From Octopus vulgaris (Eukaryota): a stretch of DNA of 64,000 nt. How positions within the stretch are numbered: the stretch's first letter is position 1; every line of letters begins with the position of its first letter. Shown piece after piece: positions 55,397 to 64,000 of this stretch. The notes beneath the pieces were generated by a model. That model did no database searches. It saw only the letters and a program-made list of their open reading frames with translations, and was not told the origin of the DNA. The translations under genes and the position numbers were made by a program. The stretch lies in contig OX597817.1 in NCBI GenBank assembly GCA_951406725.2, positions 31,620,001-31,684,000 on the forward strand, written 5' to 3'.

Positions 55397-55465
55397 TGGT
55401 TTGGACAGGTGCACACCGTGTGTTTACTATTGAAACTTTTATCAAGAATGGTGAATGTAGTTTTT
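55397..55465 (+). pseudogene. Tc1/mariner-type transposase N-terminal scrap
   Basis: MVWTGAHRVFTIETFIKNGECS resembles DUF4817-type HTH starts. It is very short. Confidence 0.35.
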
Positions 55466-55477
55466 TCGGGGTATTGT

Positions 55478-55516
<39 letters not shown>

Positions 55517-56499
55517 TTGGAGAGGGGTGTTTTTACTGCACCCTGTACGCGAATACACACAAATGAAGTTGAGCACCAGGATAAATGTGCAAGGCCATGG
55601 GTTCGAATGCAAGACCCCGGTGTGCGTTGTGTCCTTGAGCCAAACACTTCATTTCACATTTCTCCAGTCCACTCAGTTGTCAATGGATAACTTTGTGACA
55701 GATTGGTGCACAAGGATGAGATGGTGACTCGGAAAAATCACCCGAACGGAGGTCTCGCGAGCCGCGTATTGTATTCAGCGATCGAAAGGATGAATAGTAC
55801 AATCTGTACGGTGAATCTCAACTGGTTCGGTTTGTTGTTCAACCACGTCGAAGAATGAATGAAATAAAGGCCTTACATTTCTTTGTTTTTTCACACTACT
55901 ATCCGGATTGAAATTAAACATCAACCCAAAATTAATGAAGTAAGCAAAAATTAATAGTGAAGCGAAGTCGAAATGCCTTACCTATTCCCTACAATCTTAC
56001 AGCCTTGCATCTAAATATACTAGAATGTAATATTTTTTCCTCACTGTATTATACTAAGCATTGTACAAGAAATACTTTACAATTACTACTGCATAACATT
56101 GCATCATTATTGTTCATAGTTTATTCTTCTACTCGTTAATGAGCCGACTCTGATGATAAATTTTTCCATCTTATTATCCTTTATAATCTGTTGCTTTGCT
56201 GAATATTTTCCAACTTTACCTTATGCAAATTATTACTTAAATAAATTTTTCAGTGAAATTACTGAATTAAAATCATCGCAATAAGTAACATATGCCAACT
56301 TAATATTTTTAAAAATCTTATCCACCTATACAATGTGTTAGACTGCATGAAGTTTCAAACAAACATTGCATCTATACGCTATAAGTCTGCAGATGCTTAC
56401 ATACAACTGAGAGGACACAGAGAGTAGTAAAAAGTCTATTTCAAAATCACTATTTCTATCTCGAAATCACTCTTTCTATCTCTCTCTTCCCCTTTCCGT

Positions 56500-56549
<50 letters not shown>

Positions 56550-57495
56550 GCGTGTGATTATGATTGTGTGCATGCATATGTATGCAATCGTATGTAAGTG
56601 CGTATGACTTCTAACTACCTGAGCTAGCTAAGTAAGTGACTCGTACTATCTTCCTTGGTATGTTTCGCCACATTCCTTACACATGAAAAACCAGCCTTCA
56701 GAAATCCCCATGTGATTAAGATACAAATGCGTGGTAACTACACAGGCGAACAACTCTCTATAACATCTGGAGTAAGTCATCCACCATTAGCAACTGGGAG
56801 GTGTGTACCAATCATTGCTACGGCTGCAAGATAACCACCAGTATAGAAGAAAATGGAGTCATGCAACCCACGGTCTGCATGCTTGCTCATATCTCAAATG
56901 CAGTTTGTATCCTTAACTTAGGATATCTTTTAATTCAAGGGACTGTATACATTTTTGAGTCGTTTTGCCTTAAATTCCACACTGTACACTCACTCAAGCA
57001 ATTTTTCAGAGACTCAGTCTTAACTGAGATCTAAATCAAAACCAAAAGCAGACACACAAATGTGTACCATATTCGGAAACGGAGCAATTTTTCTGAAGAT
57101 GCCAATTATAAAACTATCATCACTCATAATTTAAACAACTCGCATGTCATCGATGCAATCGTAAACAATATCGTTCGTCATCACTTTTAGTTTCTCTCCT
57201 TTTACATTTCACATAGTTTTTATTTATATCTAGCCGGAACCAAATGGAGGTCTATATTTCCAATGGCATCTACACACGTGATCACTTGCTCCAAAACATT
57301 CCACAATAACCTGTAAAAGAACATTGAAGAAAGGTGTCTCTCTCATTCTCACTCTCTTTCTCTCCCACTCCCTCTCCCCACCACCCTCTCTCTCTCCCAC
57401 TCCCTCTCCCCACCACCCTCTCTCTCTCTCTCTCCCACCCTCTCCCTTCCTCTCTCAGCCCCACCCTTTTTCTCACTCCCCCTCCCTCTCCCCCT

Positions 57496-57530
<35 letters not shown>

Positions 57531-57534
<4 letters not shown>

Positions 57535-57690
57535 ATTCAAACATGAACAAGCAAGAAAAAGCAACAACGCGAGGACGTGGAATAAGTACAGTGTTATTGG
57601 ACGCTCAGGAAAGGAAAGAAAAGATAGAGGATTTCACGTTTCGAGCGGAGCTCTTCGTCAGAAATATAGAAAAAGTCCAAAGAAGGAAAT
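57531..57690 (-). mobile_element. Short PLE-like element with a minimal hammerhead (57631-57665)
   Basis: Minus strand ATTT-CTGACGA-A-GAGC-TCC-GCTC-GAAA-C-GTG-AAAT has a canonical core but a non-NUH triplet (GUG). Confidence 0.72.
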
Positions 57691-57945
57691 AATTAAGATT
57701 CCGTTGAGTTAGGTACTTAAATTGAGGCATCTTGCTATAATCCGCTCGACCAAACAATATTAATTGGATATTGAATATCAAGACTCCGTGCAGGGTTGTT
57801 TGTACCTGATATTCCTGCCGTGTGTGCAGACAACACAACCCATCTAAATGAAGATATCCGCTTTTGGTAATTCAGATAACGTACTTTTTATAAAGGTACT
57901 TTCTGTAGTATTTCCGAAGTAAAGATCCCGAATTAGATGCATAAG

Positions 57946-58553
<608 letters not shown>

Positions 58554-59649
58554 TATGATTTCTTGGATCGGTAGTTACCATTCAGACTCCACCGTCGTGG
58601 TTTACATGGTTCTCTCTGGTCCACAGTGCTATCCTGACATACATCAAAGAAACAAATTTGATGTGATACATCCAAATGCAACAATGTTCCTAGACTTGCT
58701 AGATATACCAACCATACTTTCCACAAAATACGTGCCTCTATCGTAAATAAATATTGGAGAATGTAGTTTCTGATATACAAAAACGATGATCATAGCTGAA
58801 TCGCCTTTAATCACAGTTCTGCTTAATTTGGGCTAAATAAAAATAATAATGTAGCGTAGCTGATATCCTCACTGTTTAGGAGATATATTAGAAATGATCT
58901 CGCGTTAGATAACAACCATCTTCGGCTATTTTGACCCTGTTGTGTCCACTGCTCTGATTGGTTGACAGTAACGCAGTTTGTCTTTTGACTTATTTCGCGC
59001 CAGTGTGTAAACCAACTAATCACGGCCTTCGGATAAGGTCCCATGACACAGTCTTTTTGAAGTTTCACTGGAGCCCACCTCAGGTTATAAAAAGGCCCCA
59101 GCATTCGCAATTTCCAGTCTTGGGTTTTGGTCCTTCTCAGGGCTAACCTCTGACCACAGTGCAACTAAACCCATGTTCCAGCATCATCGTCTTAGGTTCC
59201 AATCCTTCTCAAGACTAACCACTGACCATAGAGCGACTCAGCCAGTTCCAGTTCCAGCCAACGACGACGCTAACATACACCAGCAACGCAGGACGTTTCC
59301 ACCACCGTCGCCTTCATCTCGAAGACGCTTTGCCCTGCCGTCGCCATCCCCATCGTCGTCCTTTCACTTCACGTCGTCTACATCTCCGTCGCCTTCATCT
59401 GTCACCAACTCCTTACGTACGGTCATTAACCCTGCAATAACATGACCAACCCTCTATCACAACCTTGTAATTCACTGTAAATTCTTGGTTTCACAATAGC
59501 TGAAGGCCTGTCACGTTAACCTCAGATCACAAACAAGACGATGAGAATATGTTGGCTTGGCTCAATTAATCCCCAACAATTAACAATACAAAGTATAACT
59601 GTGAGTCACATTGGAATACTGTTCTCAAATGTGAGATGCAGCTAGTACT

Positions 59650-59878
59650 ACCTATTTCTTTATTACCCACAAGGGGCTAAACACAGAGCGGACAAACAAG
59701 GACAGACATAGGTATTAAGTCGATTACATCGACCCCAGTGCGTAACTGGTACTTAATTTATCGACCCCGAACGGATGAAAGGCAAAGTCGACCTCGGCGG
59801 AATTTGAACTCACAACGTAACGACATGCGAAATACCGCTAAGCATTTCGCCCGGCGTGCTAACGTTTCTGCCAGCTCG
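59650..59878 (-). mobile_element. SINE family B, full length
   Basis: Reverse complement of the 22423 copy. Confidence 0.92.
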
Positions 59879-60161
59879 TTTCTACTACCGGTGCTGCAGC
59901 TGTTACGCATACCCAAACATCGAAGACTGCATAAAAATGCTATCCAGCTGATTGGCAAAGATTCATATGCCAATACAATGCAGCTATAACCCAGAGACAT
60001 ATTCTTTAGCTTATTTGCATATTCTACCGTTCCTGGAATGGATTTTGCTATACTTGGAGAACAATCTTCATACCACATTTACCCACGTTTTTCATTAACA
60101 TAAATTCATACTATGTTCACTTATATCCATATTACATTCATCAAACCCACTCGATGCATCC

Positions 60162-60768
60162 TACTTCTTTACTACCCACAAGGGGCTAAACACAGAGAGG
60201 ACAAACAAGGACGGACAAACGGATTAAGTCGATTATATCGACCCCAGTCCGTAATTGGTACTTATTTAATCGACCCCGTAAGGATGAAAGACAAAGTCGA
60301 CCTCGGCGGAATTTGAACTCAGAACGTAACGACAGACGAAATACCTATTTCTTTACTACCCACAAGGGGCTAAACACAGAGAGGACAAACAAGGACAGAC
60401 AAACGGATTAAGTCGATTATATCGACCCCAGTCCGTAATTGGTACTTATTTAATCGACCCCGTAAGGATGAAAGGCAAAGTCGACCTCGGCGGAATTTGA
60501 ACTCAGAACGTAACGACAGACGAAATACCTATTTCTTTACTACCCACAAGGGGTTAAACACAGAGAGGACAAACAAGGACAGACAAACGGATTAAGTCGA
60601 TTATATCGACCCCAGTCCGTAATTGGTACTTATTTAATCGACCCCGTAAGGATGAAAGGCAAAGTCGACCTCGGCGGAATTTGAACTCAGAACGTAGCGG
60701 CAGACGAAATACGGCTACGCATTTCGCCCGGCGTGCTAACGTTTCTGCCAAGCTCTCCGCCTTCTTCT
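60162..60768 (-). mobile_element. SINE family B concatemer: one head and three 184-bp units, single 13-bp TSD
   Basis: ACCCACAAGGGG at 60174, 60358 and 60542. ACTCGATGCATCC at 60149-60161 and 60769-60781. Confidence 0.93.
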
Positions 60769-61563
60769 ACTCGATGCATCCATCTATCTTTACCCCATTC
60801 ATCATACCCTAGATTTTTACAGCAGATAAATCCTTGCACTAAATAACTTTTACAAAGCTTTCGTACCCGGAAGCGCAACGCAGACGACCAAGTCTGTTGC
60901 CTGCGTTTTCCCATAATATCTAACTACAGACGTGCAATCTGAACGACAATTGCATCGACACTCTACGTCTGGGTGAGATTACAAACACCAATGAAAATAA
61001 AATGCGTATACGAACGTGTCTTTGTGAGTGTATGGGAATGCATATTTGTATGTTTGTGCGAGTGTACTAGTGTCTGAAGCAGTCAGTTTTAGATTCTTTA
61101 CCAACCCAGAAGGATGAATGCCAAAGACAATAGATATAGACACGTGTGTACGTATGTCTATGTGTGTGTGTGTGTATTTGTACGTGTATGTGTGCGCATG
61201 CGTGTTTGTGTGCGAGCATGTATATATGTTCAGAAAAAAAATGTTTCGAGGGAAAAATTCACCGATATTTTATTTACCCAGAGGGAGGCGTGTCATAGAC
61301 AATACCTGAAGGTATATACGCATGTATGTGCGAGTGTGTGATGGTGCGTATGTATGTGTGATTTTTAGTGTGTGCGTGTGTGCGCGCCCACGCCGGCGGA
61401 AGTGTGTGTGTGTGTGTGTGTGTGTGTCTGTACGCATCTGTGGTTGTGAATCTGTGAGTGTTGAGTGTTGAGTGTTGTGAGTGTTTCCGCATGTTTTTGT
61501 GCGATGTGTGTGAGTGTATGTGTGTAGGCTATAAGAATATGTGTGTGAATGAATGAATATGTG

Positions 61564-61594
<31 letters not shown>

Positions 61595-62599
61595 AGGTTA
61601 TAAGAATGTGCGTTTGCTTGTGTGTGAATGCATGTGTGTGTGTGTATGTGTGTGTATGTGTGAGTGTGGACAATCTGCTATTAGAGGCGTTGGGAAAATA
61701 CTTTTAAAAACTACTTTCTAGTTAATAACTTACTTCTTGGTCTCATATGAAACCCAAGTGAAAATTGCTTTGGAGCACATATATTTTCAAAAGTCAAATA
61801 TATGAAGATTAGAGAGAGAATTTCTGATATGAAGTCTCCAGGGTAATGGTGAATACATACATATATAACGTGTATCCTCTTCACCAAAACGTACAGATTT
61901 TTATATGCGCATACATTTACACAAAAGCACACAATGACAATTCAAGTACTCATAAAAGTAATGTATATATTAACAACTTAGCTTGTAATGTGTGAAACAT
62001 AATTGCGTATTGAAGTGTGAACTCACACACACATACATTGTGTATTGAAGTGAGAATACACGCACATATATATGCGTTTACACATATGTATATATACATG
62101 TAGATGTAGGTACGTACATATATGTATGTATGCATATATTTTATTTATTACACTATTGTATGACAGCGCCCTCGCGTCGATTCGATGAGATTCGTTCGTT
62201 TCGTTCCGTTCTTATTCTCCAAGTACTGTTTTATATATATAATGTAAACACACGCACACACACTTACATATACATACGTAGACACGTATATATGCGTTTA
62301 TATATAGTTCTATATGTATATGTAAACATATACTGTCTTTTACTCTTTTACTCGTTTCAGTCATTTGACTGTGGCCATGCTGGAGCACCACCTTTAGTCG
62401 AACAAATTGACCCCAGGACTTATTCTTTGTAAGCCTAGTACTTATTCTATCAGTCTTTTTTGCCGAACCGCTAAGTTACTGAGACGTAACACACCAGCAT
62501 CGGTTGTGAAGCGATGTTGGGGGGGACAAACACAGACAAACGTATACACACACACACACAGAGACACACACACACACACACACATACACATATATATAT

Positions 62600-63067
62600 A
62601 TATTTATCAAAAGAAAAACAGGATGCAAAGGATTTAGCGGTACATATGTTTCAGCAGAGCGAGACACCTAGACAAAAACAAAGCGTACATACCGTCTTTC
62701 ACTCGATATAGAATGAAGAGGTTGGATGTTGAGCTAAAGAGGGAAGGAGTTGGAGGTGGGGTGAATCTTTAATGAGTTTGGGATCGCTGTACGCGACTAT
62801 GAGGATTTGCTTCCCAAACTTATAATGTAATACATGTCTTTGGTGTGGTAATTGTGCGCGGCTGAAGAAGGCTATTGACATACATGTTACATCAATTATG
62901 CATTGATATAAACTGTCTAATAAAGCCAGAAACATATGTACCGCTAAATCCTTTGCATCCTGTCTTTCTTTTGATAAATATACCCTATCACCTACACCAC
63001 TAACTGGCGTATACAGGTGCTTACTGTTATCAAGTATTCACCCTGAATTTTTTGTACCCAACTTACA
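62600..63067 (+). mobile_element. PLE-like pLTR with a partial inverted copy
   Basis: Inverted arms of about 53 bp at 62600-62652 and 62929-62982. Contains a hammerhead motif and has (TA)n borders. Confidence 0.72.
62858..62944 (+). ncRNA. Type-I hammerhead ribozyme motif with extended stem II
   Basis: Stem I GCGG/CCGC, core CTGAAGA, stem II GGCT/AGCC with inner hairpins, GAAA, palindromic stem III ACATATGT, GUA triplet (predicted cut after 62940). Confidence 0.72.
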
Positions 63068-63068
63068 T

Positions 63069-63105
<37 letters not shown>

Positions 63106-63387
63106 CATATACGAGGGCTTCTTTCAGTTTCCACTCACATGGTTTTGGCCGGCCCGAGGCTATAGTAGAAGACACTTGCCCAAGGTGCCACGCAGTGGGA
63201 CTGAACCCGGAAACATGTGTTTGGTAAGCAAGCTACTTACCACACAGCCACTCCTACGCCTATACATACATACATATGTATGTATGTATGTATGTATGTA
63301 TGCATATATGTATGTATGTATGTATATCTATGTATATATATGTATATATATATATATATACATACATACATACATACATACACATAT

Positions 63388-63486
<99 letters not shown>

Positions 63487-63636
63487 TACGTATTTATATA
63501 GGAACTAATCCGCAACAGCTTAGGAAGCGGATATAAAATGATGATAAAATATGTATTTTAAATATACCTCCATGTATATTATGCGTTTAAATGCGCGACT
63601 ACAACATGTTTGTATTTATATGTGTGTGTATGAGCG

Positions 63637-63686
<50 letters not shown>

Positions 63687-64000
63687 TGTATATATATATA
63701 TGTGCGTGCGTATGTATGTATATGTATTTACCAGTGTATATATGCATATGTGGTGTATATATATATTTGCCTGTGATAAGCGTTCCCTCGCGCATGCGTG
63801 TGTGTGTGTTTGCTTCCATAACTGTGCGTCTTTATGATGCTGATTCACAAAAGGAAATTGAAGAAAAGTTATCAACTGATAAGACAAAATGTCTCTCTGT
63901 TTTTTTTTTGTATTTGCTATACAAGCTTCAACAGCGCCAAATACTGTTATAGGATATGAAACAACATACATATATTGTTTCGTAAACGTTAAGAATTCTG

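Larger units (their letters stand above)
62335..63260 (-). mobile_element. SINE family A interrupted at its internal microsatellite by a PLE-like element
   Basis: 3' half at 62335-62600 and 5' half at 63110-63260. Confidence 0.85.

Overview
Eukaryotic, AT-rich, microsatellite-dense genomic DNA. The tRNA-derived SINE families look like those of octopus; this is inferred from recalled repeat sequence and was not verified. The only host gene I can support is the 3' part of a Mox/Meox homeobox gene on the + strand: exons 4323-4498 and 9701-9826, with a 5.2-kb intron inside the homeobox. No further host gene is recognisable in the remaining ~54 kb. That stretch holds four or five SINE families, a full-length pogo/Tc2-like DNA transposon, mariner and Helitron derivatives, RTE- and R4-like LINE relics, and Penelope-like element (PLE) RT and GIY-YIG relics. 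The most interesting signal is a dispersed set of about 9-10 type-I hammerhead-ribozyme-like motifs. Most sit in short elements embedded in (TA)n or in long palindromes. They include non-canonical cores (a compensatory G3:C8 pair, A6U, U4C) and forms with a long stem II. Other notable features are a SINE concatemer flanked by a single TSD and SINE-internal microsatellites that act as landing pads for the ribozyme elements. Almost all ORFs in the supplied track are microsatellite or repeat artefacts. All structures were derived by eye, not by folding or search software.
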